This document shows positions 30,434-44,200 of a stretch of DNA of 64,000 nt, one piece after another; the stretch's first letter is position 1; each line of letters starts with the position of its first letter. Both the position numbers and the translations under genes were made by a program. Source of the stretch: Eledone cirrhosa (lineage: Eukaryota); NCBI GenBank assembly GCA_964016885.1, contig OZ024747.1, positions 18,724,001 through 18,788,000 on the forward strand, written 5' to 3'. Under the pieces are notes generated by a model that was not told the DNA's origin, did not search any database, and worked only from the letters and a program-made list of their open reading frames with translations.

Positions 30434-33400
30434 ACAGTTGATCGACTTTCATCAAATCGAACCGAAGGAACAAAGTTCTCATTGGTCGTTCCAATTGCTA
30501 ATACTATCTAACGGTCACAACTCCAGGTAGAAGGAGCAGCGTGAAATAAAGTATCTTGCTCAAGGACATTGCGCATTGCTTGGTCCGGGAATCGAACTCA
30601 CAACCTCAAGATTGTGAATCCAATTCTCTAACCACTCAATCACGTGCCTTCACTATATATCTATATATATACACATATATATACACACATATATAAATAT
30701 ATATATACACACACACACACTAAAATTGGAATGATACATAGATTAGCATAGTCCTGTGCAAGGATGTCATGCTGATTCGTGAAGCATTCCATATTTTGGG
30801 GGGACCAGAAAAATGTTCTACCCACACAAAATCGTTTTCCTCACTATTTAATGTATTAGTGTCCCCCATTGTTCCATCTCCCTGAGTAGTTTACTGCTGT
30901 TGGTCTGAGGTTACTTATTTGACCAGCAGCTGCCTGCTTATATCACAACTAAACATCATATCTGGTGGCCATATTGCTATCCACCACCTGTGACCCATTC
31001 TCTAGAAGAACAGTTCTGCCGAAAATAATAATAATTTTATTTTACCAATTCTCTTCTCCCTAGAAAATGGCCCAAAACCCACGCATATTTTACTGTAAAA
31101 GTTTCTCAACATATTTACTCTTTCTCATTTCCTTTAATTTATTTCTTCATTCTTCTCTCTCTTTCTCTCTTAGTTTTATTCTCTCCCTCCCTGTCTCTCC
31201 CCTCTTGTATATGTGGGTGTAAAACTGATAAAATAGAGGATATTAAAAGAAGTTGATATAATTTAGGGCAAATTCTATTTTAGGAGGTTTCTTCAGGGAA
31301 CATCTGGTTTGAGCTATCTCTCTGTCTACTCATTTCTTCTATCTGGGAAAAGAACTGTTTAAAAACAAAATGAACATACATACACATATATATATAAATT
31401 TACATACATGCATGTACACATAAATCTATACACATGCATGTATACATAAATAAACACACGAACATATACATACATGCATATATATATATATATGTGTGCT
31501 AGCGTGGAAGATAGACGTTAAACGATGATGATGATGATGATGATGATGATATATCTATATGTGTGTGTGTGTGTGTGTGTGTACATAATTTAAAAAAAGG
31601 AACACAGTTGCTTTTGTTTGTTTGTGAGTGTGTGTGTATAAGTATAGGTAAATGTATTTGTGTGAGTGTGTAGGTGGGTGTTTATATGTGTACATTTATG
31701 TGTGTGTGTGGTAGGCTTCTGTACAGTTTCTGTCTCTCAAACTCCATTCACAAGTTATTGGTCAAATTATTGTATCAGACATTTTTTTTTATGTTATTTT
31801 CTTATTTTATTATCACTTTTTTTCTGAAATTGGAAAAAATAGTGAATTCCTTATCACCAGCATGAGTTAGATGAGATTTTACAGCTAGAGACAAGACATG
31901 GTCAGGCAGCTACATCTTGCTCATACATTGCTACAGCAGGATACCCTTTATAATGCCAACAGTATTATCATTTTACAGTGTGTATTGGGTGCATATTGTT
32001 GTAGCATCAGCACTACCACAATTTAGAGCAGACATAGGCTACCTTTTTCAAGCAGTGTGCTGCATAGGGTGTGGCTCATTATAAGGTGGATCGCACTACT
32101 AAAAAGTTTGGCATGTCATTCAGAAAGCCAAACAGGCCGCAGTTTGCCCATGACTATTTTAGAGTGTGTACTAGGTGCATTTTATTGTGGTAGGAGCAGT
32201 AGAGAAGACCTATCTACCCTATGTTGACTCAGTCCCATCCACTGCAGAAATACATCCATATTTGTTTATTTATTTTGTAGTTTGGAGAATATTTTGGTTC
32301 TGCCATTGAAGCCACAGATCTAAATGGTGATAGGTAAGAATCCTTATTATACCTAATCCCCAATTTTCATTATTTCCTAATTTAAAGATGCATTTGTCGA
32401 ATGTTCTAACAATCCTGCTAACCCATCTACATTAGTAGGATGTAAGCTGAGAGAGATGTTGCTGCTATTTCTAGCAGATCGACAAACCTCATTGTAGCTC
32501 ACAAAGCATGGTTATTATTAAAGAGGATTGTTGCTGTTATTGTAGTTTAGCCCCAGATAAGCCTTAATCAAGCAAAGACATTCCAGCTTTGACCATCCAG
32601 ACTAATTATAGCAGTATGTAAGACTACAATTTTTATTATTATCAAACATGGCATTTCTTTACTTAAGTTTGCAGAATGTTATGAGAAGGAATTTGGCTGC
32701 TATTTCTAGCATATTAAGTGAGTGCAGGGAGGCTCCCTTGGCTTGTTGTTGGAGGTAGTGGAAGAGATGAACAGGATATTTTATCTCCACACCCATTTCT
32801 ACCCTTTATCAAAATTGTTTTATTATCAGTAAAACTTCATTTTAACTCTTATTTTTATAATAAATCTTTCAGCTTAGATGATATCATTGTTGGAGCTCCA
32901 ATGCATTCTGTCTATGAAGATGTATCATTTGAAGTAGGCTGTGTCTATATTTATTATCAATCTTCAAAGGTAATGTTTCACCCATACTTCCACTTTATGA
33001 ATAATGTGTTTATCTGTCTGTATACATGCATCCGTGTCTCTTTGTGTTGTTATTTAGCCTTAAGTCAAACTTGATCAAAGGGACCTAAGATCAAAATCAT
33101 TACAGCAATTGACTATCTGGTATGCATATCCTAGACTTTGTAATAAGAAGTCCTTCTCCACACCTGCTATCCGAAACACATCTGGGGCTCTCCTTTCTTC
33201 AGAGAGGTGTATCCTTACGAAGTGAAGAGAATACTTTGCTGATCTTCTAAATCTGGTCACAACAACTTCTTGATTTACATGAGGTGCATCTAGGAGCGAT
33301 GACTAACATCTCCAAGGCTGAGGTCACCAGAACTATAAATGAGCTCAAATGTGGCAAGGCCTCTTGGGAGGATGAAATTCAGCCTGAGATGGTAAAAACC

Positions 33401-34046
33401 TTAAACAGAGAAGGCATTCTATGGTTGTGTGCAGGGTGGCCTGATTCTCTGGAAAGGCAACTAAGCAATGGCAATCGGAAGTGATAAACCCAATTTTCAA
33501 ATTTATTGATATAAAAAACATACATATGAATTTTTATTACATCTTATTAAAAGATTACTTATCTTGTGAAACTCAGAATTTTGTACAGAACCAAATTTGA
33601 GAAATATTAGTCAAGAGGCATCCTTACCTTTTTGTTACCATATCTTTAATAAAATACACTGCCTATAATTTTCAAATAATTCTGAAAATATTCAAAAATT
33701 TTAAGTGATTCAATAATATAACTAACTTTCTCATTATCTAATTATTAAGAAAGATTTATTATTTTGATCATAGACACTTGATAGTTCAATTCTTAGCTAT
33801 TTTAGCATTAGAAAGGTCATGAACACAGCTACTTTCTCCAGACTAAACTAATAAAAAGAAAATCTTTATTTAAACAGATTTATCCAATTGAATTGAATAT
33901 TTATTACTTTATCTCATTTTAGCATACATTCCACCATAATAATAGAGATGTTCTTAAAGGGAAGACAATGAAGGGTAGATTTGGATGGGCATTTACCACA
34001 CTGAAAGATATCAACTTTGATGGCTATAATGGTAAGTTTTAGGTGC

Positions 34047-34095
<49 letters not shown>

Positions 34096-34625
34096 ACGCG
34101 CGCGTGTGTGCATGTGTGTATGTTTGTATTCGAATAGTCCATGGAGGAATGTTACTTGATAAGGTGCATAGCTCTGAGGTCAGAGTAGAGCTCCAGATAA
34201 ATCTACTACATTCAAAATAAATTAATTTTACAAAATGAAATCTTCTACAAATATTTTAGTTTTTTACATAACATTGCTAATGTTTTTTTTATTTATATCT
34301 ATATTTTGAAGATTTTGCCACTTCTGCTCCATATGGAGGTAAAAATGGAAGAGGTGCTGTGTATGTCTTCCATGGTTCTTCTAAAGGTGTTAAACCTGAA
34401 CCTGCACAGGTAAGTCGTTTATCTACCAACATCTTGTGGTTGGATAGTGAAGTTTCAGTATCAATGATCCAATTTTTTTTTGTTTTTATTTTTACTGTTT
34501 AGTCCTGGAAGGAAGAGCAGTGCCTATAGCCATTTTAGGGGCCTTTGTGACCAGTAAGAGGGAGGAAGGATAGTATCGATAAAGCACAAATCTGGCCTGA
34601 ATGCTTGCAAGAGTGTGGACTAAAG

Positions 34626-34677
<52 letters not shown>

Positions 34678-36935
34678 CTTTAGTCCACACTCTTGCAAGC
34701 ATTCAGGCCAGATTTATACACATATATACACATAAAATACACATATATTCATACATATACACATATATAGATGCATATATTCACATACACATATATTTAA
34801 ATTCATACATTCCTACATACACAAGTATTTACATAGATATATAAACATAATATACATAAACTTTTGCTATTTACATTCCTCTCGGTGTTTCTATTCTTCT
34901 GATATGTAGAGTGGATTCTAAAGTTGGGTTTAACTTCACTGAGTCATTCACTTGTAGAATGTAAAATCTCTGTTGTTTTCCTATAAATTTTCATTTTCTT
35001 TCTCTTTACCTTTAAATTTCATTAAAATCTCACGTTACTCTAGATGGTAACTGTGAAGTATCCAACAGCGTTTCACTTCAATCACAACTTATTTTTATTT
35101 TTATTTGTTTCATTTAGTTTTTATCTTATCATGTTTTTTTTCTTCTTCTTTGTCTTCGTCGTCTTCTTCCTATTCTTCTTCTTCTTATTATTATATTATT
35201 ATTATTATTATTATTTTATAAGATTTTTATTATTTATATAAGAAAAGAAAAAGAAAAAACATAGAAACATAGTCAATACTCATCTTTTTCCATTTATCTG
35301 AGGGTTCTAAACCCCGTTATCAAGCTAAAATTCCTTTAGTTAAAAAAATATACGGTGAAAGCTAAATATTTTCTAATTTCAAACTCGCTCACTGTTTCAA
35401 AACATACTTGATATATATATATGTGTTTCTATGTCTTTTTTCTTTTCTTATATAAATAATAAAAATATTTACACACACAAAACCCACATCGTACCGTCCT
35501 GAGCCGTCTGTAATGTTTTTCTTGATGTCAGCCCTTGTGGCCAATAAAGAAATCATTATTATTATTATTACCGCTGGGTAAAGAAGTGCCAAGAAATCCC
35601 AGTAGAAGGAAGACGCAGTAGAGGTAGACCACGAAAAACATGGGCAGAGGTGGTGAGAGCATACCTCAGATCGCTGAAACTCACGGAGGAGATGACAAGA
35701 ACTATGACAAGTGGAGAGAAGCTGTGCTGAATAGGACCCGTCCAACCCTTGCAAGCAGGGAAAAGTGGACGTAAAATGATGATGATGATTATTATTATTA
35801 TTATTATCGGACGCCATGCTTTGCAGCAAAGAGTTACAGCCCTTTGTGGTTTGAGTTCAAATCCCACCGAGATTAACTTTGGCTTTCATCCTTACGGGGT
35901 CGATAAAATAAAGTACCAGTAATACACTGGGATAATTGCTGGTCTTGTGCCAAAAGTAGAAACAATTATTATCATTATTATTTAGTGCAGGCGCATGGCT
36001 TAGTGGTTAGAGCATTGGGCTTGCAATCGAAAGGTTGTGAGTTCAATTCTCGGACCGGGTGATGTGTTGTTTCCTTGAGCAAGACACTTTATTTCACATT
36101 GCTCCAGTTTACTCAGCTGTAGAAATGAGATGATAGGACTGGAGTCCCTATCATTCCACTGCAAAGTGGTCGTGAAGGTGCCACGGCAAAAAAAAGCACC
36201 CAGCCCACACTGTAAAGTGGGCATGTAGGCGCCACGGAAAAAAAGCACCCAGCACTCACTGTAAATGAGGTTGGTGTTAGGAAGGGCATCCAGCTGTAGA
36301 AATCAAGCCAGAATCAGTTCCCGTATGAGCAAGACAAGGTCAGCCGACCGGGACACTGCTCACAACAGGACAACCTGTCTAATCCATGCTAGCGTGGAAG
36401 AACGGACATAAAACGGTGATGATGATGATTCTTCTTCTTCTTCTTCTTCTTCTTCTTCTTCTTCTCCTCCTCCTCCTCCTCCTCCTCCTCCTTGTTATTA
36501 TTAGGGCAGGAGGTTGGCTATATTGGTTTGAGTGTCAGACATATGCTTAGCAGTATTTGTTCTGACCATTTATGTTCTTAGTTCAAATCCCTTCAAAGTT
36601 ATTTTTACCTTTCATCCATCTGGCTCAATAAAATAAAGTACCAGTAAAATACTAGGGTTGATATAATCCACTTTCCCTTCGCCACAAATTGCTGGCTGTG
36701 AGCCTAAATTAGATAACATTATTTTTGTTTCATCTAAGGTGAAAATCTAAATATTTTGATTAGTAAAATCCACTAAGTTCTCTCAATTCACAAAAATGAA
36801 ATGTTTTACTATCAGAAAAAAAATCTTGGCATTTAGATTAATCAAATCCCTCCACTCCACACTCTCCATTTGTACTTCCATCTAGCTCTTTTAATTGTTC
36901 TTTTTTTTCTATTTATTTATTTATATATATTTTTT

Positions 36936-36968
<33 letters not shown>

Positions 36969-38177
36969 CTTTTTTTTTTTTTTGTAAATTTTGTTGGTAA
37001 GTTTCCAATTAAATAGTTAAAGAAGCTGTTTTCACAAACTTGTTTCCTCAATATTTGAATGATTATGATCAGTAACATTCCCTGTTCTGGATTCTACACA
37101 CAAAGTTTATAAAACTAATTTGTATTTGTCCTTTAACCCACTGGAAACTGCCATGGTGTCTATGCATGCACGTATGTGTGTCTTTGTGTACATGTGTGCA
37201 TGTGTGTTTAAATGTATGTATATGTATGCATACGAGCATGTGTCTGTGTGTGTGTTTACATGTATGTGTATATACCTGTTTATATTTTAAATTCTGTAAC
37301 ATATTTTCCTGTGTGTCTGTATGTGAGCATGTAGGTCAGTGTATGTATGTGTGTGTTCATATGTATGTGTGTGTTCATATGTATGTGTGCATGTGTTTGT
37401 TTGCATCATGAGTGTTTGTATCTCTCTCTCTCTCGCTTTATATATTTATGTGTGTGTATGTGTTTACATGTGTGGGTGCCTGTATATGTGTCTGTGTGTA
37501 TATATATGACTGCATACCAGTTTATATGGACAATTCTGTAATATATTTTCAGGTGATTGATGCCAGTGATTTGGATCATGGTCTAAGAACATTTGGCTAT
37601 TCATTATCTGGTGGTATGGATTTGGATGGAAATTATTATACAGGTATGTCAGTCAAACATTTTTTGTATTTTTTAACTGTTTAACTATTTTGATATCAAA
37701 CCACATGAAATCACTGACCCATCGATTTACATGACATTTCCTCACCAGTGCAGTCATCTTTCTTGCAACACATTAGCCGATACCATAGACTCTGTTGATA
37801 CCAAACTGTCTAAAACCACCCCTGGTTCTTTAATATAAAGGTTTTTAGAGAGAATATATTTATCCAAAAACCTTGTCATAATTTTACATATAAATCTTTA
37901 TGTTCCAGATACCAGCTTAATAACAAGAAAGTTAGTTATATTACTTCATCCTTCTAAATTCTTGATTATTTAAAAAAATTAGTTGCCAATTCAATGCTTA
38001 TATATATGTATAAATATATACTATATTATATTTTGAGAATAAACTCTGTCGTTTACAATAAATCAGCTCCAAGAAAGGGGCATGTATAAATATATATACA
38101 TATTTGCATATATATATACACATGCAATCATACACACACACATTTATATATATACATGCACATACATGATTTTATGA

Positions 38178-38219
<42 letters not shown>

Positions 38220-41200
38220 ATGTGTGTGTGTGTCCAACCCATGCAACCATGGAAAAACGGACATAAAATGGTGACAGCGATTATATATATATATTCCTTA
38301 AATGGTCTGAGGAAATCAGGTGAAGGTCGTTACTGTTAGTGTCATGCAACATCAGCAATTATGAATATGTAACTACTTCAGCAAGGTTAACAACAAACAT
38401 TACTTCATGATGTAGGCAGAAAGTGATGTATTTAACTATTAAATTTGGGTCAGTCTCTGTAGGACCATAGTAGTTAATTCACTAACATTGACTAATAAAC
38501 AAATGACTCACTGATTCTCTTTCTTATATTTTTCATGTTTGTATTCACAGTTTGTTTAACATAAACACACAATCTAATATCTCTTAACTTCTTTCCTTGT
38601 CTTTTGTAGATTTGTTAGTTGGAGCATATGCATCAGATAAAATTGCCTTTTTCAGGTCAGTGAGGTTTTGATATATTTTTTATTCTTCTTTGTATTTACA
38701 ATATTCATTCTATTTTTTTAATTTATTCAACTTTTTTTAAATTGTCATATAATTCTTAAATAAAATTAAAACACTTGAAAGAATTATCTCTCTTTTCTCT
38801 GTACACCAGCAGAAGTCTACTCCATAAATAATGACTGAAACATGGTGGACACACTAGATGTTTTGTATCATTAAATGTAGATAGAGCAAGTAGCACATTC
38901 TCAACTGTCTGAGATTGTAATACAGATTCAATTCTTGGTTCACGTTCCAATCAGAAGATCCTGAGTTCTACTTTTGTCCTTGTAAATAGTTATTGCTCCA
39001 AAGTGACTCATACATTTAATTCTGTATGTCATTTGTATGTATATGCCGAACATTTATGTAATCATATCTTAGAAATAATTTAACAAAATATAATTTGTAT
39101 CTTTAATCAATTCCATGAGTTAGTAATCAACATAAACTCTAGGATTTCTCTTACGCAAACCATTAACTTACCAAAAGGCAAATTTCCTAGTTTGTATGAC
39201 TGTTCATATATCCAGTATACCAGGTGTATGTATATGGCATATCAATCCTGGACTCTAAAACTTAAATACATTCAACACCATTGCTATCATTATTGCCAGC
39301 ACAAACCCACTAGTTATAAACAAAAATACTTACAAGAAAACATGAATAGAGCTAACTTTTTTTCTTAGTGTGATTTTTTTACTTTGAATCTTATTTGAAA
39401 TTGCATCAATGTTCAAGGCATAAGTTGAAGCTGTTATTCAAAAACAAGATTACAGACTGTAACTATTATCCTCCTGTCATGATTTAGCAAGAAATGTCTA
39501 AAAACAGGTATCTTTATTGTGAAAATTTGTAGCATTAGACTAAAGACTTACAGTTCACTATGCAAACAATAATGTTTCATGTGCATGGTTAATATATCAC
39601 ATAATAATTAGAGTTGTCCATCTTACATTAAAGGGTTCGTTGTTGTTTTGTATTTTTCAACAATATATTGTTGCTGTGTTATACAGTATAGAACATTACG
39701 AGTTAATAAAATAAAGTAACATTTTCAGAGCACCAATGAGCCACATGCAAAAAGCCAAAAGTCATATGAGAAAGTCTAAAAGTTACATGAGATTGACTTA
39801 AAGCCCCACATGGCTCCAGAGCCACAGGTTTCTGACTCGATTTCTTCTATGGTAAAAGATATTTGCACTAGGTGCTGTGCAGTAGGATGAAACTTGAAAC
39901 CATGTAGCTGCAAAGCAAACTTCTTAACTAAACAGCTTGTGTTTATTTCAATAAATATTAAACTACTTAAATCTGCTAAAACCTTCTCCTGAATATTTCC
40001 AGCTAAAATTGTATGTGTTAGACAAGCTCTTACATAACCCATGTGTGTGTTAACAGGCAGATTGTTAGGATCTTGTGAGGCATTTTTTGTCAGATTTTAA
40101 ATCAAGTTGATTTATTGTAAAGGTCATTTCAATAGAGGAATTTTATGATTCAGTGCAATATACTTAATCTGTTTTATTTATTTTTCATATTTTTTTATTT
40201 GCATCAGAATTCTCTTACAAACCGGACTTACTAAATGCTTTGAGATTTAATATGTCATTCTCATCACTACCATTATCATCATCATCATTACTCCCACCCC
40301 ATCATCACAACCATCATCATCATCATCAATCCTACTACCACCATCATCATTATCATCCTAATTACCACCACCAACAAACACCACAACCATCATCATCATC
40401 ATGAAACTCACCATCATTTTAAACTTCAATTTTATTTAATGTCATTATAGTTAAGAGAATTCTGCAGAATGTTATATCACCACTTCTTTTGATCCTGTGT
40501 CATCTCATCTCTGAGATCCCAGATTCTCATATCTAAGCTCAAAATGTCCTATCATCACTTCTCTTGATCTTATGTTGTTTTATCTGTGACATTCCGGATT
40601 TCTAGATATGAGCTCACCATGTTTGACTCTGCCATATAATTACTTCTCTTGATCCAGTGTTGCCTCAACTGTGACATTCAAGATTTCCAGATCTGAGCTC
40701 ACCATGTCTGACTATGTCATATCATCACTTCTCTTGATCCTGTGTCATTTAAACTGTGATGTTCCAGATTCTCATGTCTGACTATTCCTTGTTGTTTTCA
40801 TCAATCCTCCAATATATAATGGGAAACTTTTACTATCATCATATAGAATTTTTCTTTACCACCTAGCTTGCATCATCCATTTACATAACATGTTCACACT
40901 AATGCAGTCAACTTTCCAACAGTATATCAGCTCATGTAATTGACGTTTTTGATACCAAACCTTCTGAAACCACTATTAGTTCAATAATACAAAGCTGTTT
41001 ATTTTAAAGTGTTTATATTTGTCTAAAAACCACTCAACTTGCATCATCCATTTACATAAAATGTTCACACCAATGTAGTCATTTCTTGTAACATAACAGC
41101 TTGTCATTAGACTTTTTGATACCAAACTGCCTGAAATTTCTCCTGGTTCTCTAATATAAGCTGTTTGTTAAGTGTTTATATTTATCCAAAAACGTTCCAT

Positions 41201-44200
41201 CGTAATTTTAGCTAATAATCTTTGTAAAGTTATGTTTGAAACAACTTAATAATGAGAGAATTAGTTACATTACTAAATCCCTCAAAATTCTTCATTATTT
41301 TCAAAATTCTCATTTATACTCTAGCTTTCATGCAAGGTTTATGCTGCACAACCAACAGACCATATCAACTATTTTCTCTTTAACAGCTACATTATAATCA
41401 TGATGATGATCATCATCATGTCTGCTTTTCCATGCTGGGGATGGGTTTAAAGAGATTCTTTCAGACAGATATTCAATGATCAGATGCCCTTCTTGTCACC
41501 AACCTATATTTTATAACAACACTGTATACTGATGGCATCAGCAATATATAGTATAGCTATAAACCACTTAGCTGTGAGATGTATAGTTATATAAGAGACA
41601 AACAAATGTCACCTCTTTCCTGTTCTAAATAGTGAAGTCACATACACACACATACAGACACACACAAAGCAGGCTTTCTTACAGTTTCCATGCATGCTAT
41701 TCACTCACAAAGGTTGGTCACTCGGAGACTATAGTAGAAGATACCTGCCTTAGGTGCTATGGAGTGAGATCAAGCCTGAAACCACATTGTTGCAAAGACC
41801 CTTTAATGTCCAAACCGGCCAGAATTCTCTACCTCTTTCTGTTGAAACTGGCTGTAACTGGTCGCTCAAACTGATGTTAAGGTATTGTTCTCAAAATAAA
41901 TACTTTCAAAATCTCATAGATTCGATATTATATGAGGTAAAGTGTTTACCATGAAAATACAATAGTATATATGGAGTAATGTAAAATGCTAAAGGGTTAA
42001 CTACGGAGACATGCCTACACCTCAGATTTTCCTTCTTCTGTACCACCCTAGTTTCCTCCTATTCTAGCAAATATATTTAAAACACATGTACTACTAATAA
42101 CAAAAGGACAAAAATATTACGTTTTATGTGTCTATAAATGTTTGTGTATGTGTTTTCTTTATCTTTGTGTATATCTCTGTGTATGTATGTGCTTTCTTTA
42201 TCTTTGTGCATGTATGTGTATATCTCTGTGTATGTATGTGCTTTCTTTATCTTTGTGTATGTGTGTGTATATCTCTGTGTATGTATGTGCTTTCTTAACT
42301 TTGTGTATATCTCTGTGTATGTATGTGCTTTCTTAACTTTGTGTATATCTCTGTGTATGTATTTGCTTTCTTTATCTTTGTGTATGTGTATCTCTGTGTA
42401 TGTATGTGTTTTCTTTATCTTTGTGTAAGTGTGTCTGTGTGTATCTGTATGCCTGCCATTGTGTATCTGTTGCATTCTCCCTATTACCATAATGGTCTTT
42501 TTTTTATTTACAATTCTCTCTCAAGCTTCATCCCAGAACCTACTGGAATAAACTAATTTGTATCCATCAATCTATTTCACCACTCCACTATAGCTATTTT
42601 AGGGGGGTTTTCACCCCCCCCCCCCGCCTTCCCCATCAAATGACCCCTATTTCTGCTTATATTAACTGTTTCCCTTGGGAATTCATTGCCTGTAGATATC
42701 TGTTTTGTGGGGGTTTTTTTTCTTTTTCTTTCTCCCACTGATTCCCTCTAGTATAGGGGGGGGGGGGGGGCAAGAATACAAAATAGTTAGATAGCTAGAA
42801 ATACAAATATAAAACTAATTGAATACACTGCCCCACCCCTCCTCCCATTATCCACTACTACAATGCCCTAACAAATTAATATGACCTTTTAGGTATTATT
42901 TCCTCATCTACTTAAGGAGAACCTTTTTAAAGGATATAAACCCAAAGGTCCAGAACTTTCTCAATGGAATTAATCACTGGATCTCCCAACGCCCTTCCCC
43001 TCCCCTCCACCACTAAAAAAAATTCAAATAACTCAGAACAAGAAAAGAAACAAGCTACTTTATAGTAACTTGCTATAATAAATGGTAACTGTTTCTTAAT
43101 GAGATGCCATATTCGGGATTTATAAGGGTGCTGAAAATTGACTGTGTAGTACATTGATAATTATTTATTCAAGGGGTATTAAGCTACACAAGTTAACACT
43201 TAACATCCTGTACCATATGAAACCACATTAACAATACAAACTTGGAAAGTACAAAACAGCTCTATGACTACATCACATTAAAAATTGAAGTCTTTCAATT
43301 GTTTACTGCAAATGTTCTCAAGGATTTGTCTAATAGTAAAGATACTAGAAACATTTGAATTTCTGCTAAATCATTACAGGTTGTTAAGAGATAAGAGAAA
43401 TGTGTATAAGTTAGAACTGGAAGCATGAAGACATGTGGCTTAGTGGTTAGGGGCTTTAGTTCATAATTGTAAGATCATGAGTTTGATTTCCTACTAACGT
43501 GTTGTGTCCTTCATCAAGACATTTTATTTCACGTTGTTCCAGTCCACTCAACTTGTCATGCACTGTGTCATGCTGATTCTCCTTCAGAATTATGTAGCAG
43601 GTACATGTGTCTGTGGAATGCTCAGCCACTTGTGTAGCAGTTTTACGAGCAGATTCTCTAATGTTCAAACAACCAGAACACTCATTATTGGAGCTGAGAG
43701 AGGTCCAACAACAGCAGAATTGAAACTGTATTGTTTGTATGTCACAGCTATTTCAGTCACTATGGGAGAAGGCTACAGCAACTGAGATAGCTGTGACATG
43801 ATCACAGCTTAAAACATGCAAACCAAGACTTATATTTTTTAATACATAAACATATCATATATACCTTCATATATTATGAAGCAGGTTATATTAGTCCCAC
43901 AGCTAATTGAAATGAAGGCCAGCAAATTGAAATGAAGGATACTTTACTGGTACTTTAGCTTATCGACCTCTGAAGGGTGAAAGCCAAAGTTAACCTGGGA
44001 TTTGAACTCAGAACATTAATGATTCTGCCAATTCACCACCTTGAATACTAGCTAACTAATAATTACAGTACAATTTCCTACTTCAACTCTTAATAACATT
44101 CATGTTATTCATGTTTGTTAACTTTTTTTAAGAACCCGTCCAGTGGTTACTGTGAAGGCTGACGTAGTATTGAACCCTGCATTGCTAAATTTGGACCAGA

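Noticed and set aside
30719-30797. Functional U6 gene
   Set aside because: 5' end missing and catalytic motifs mutated.
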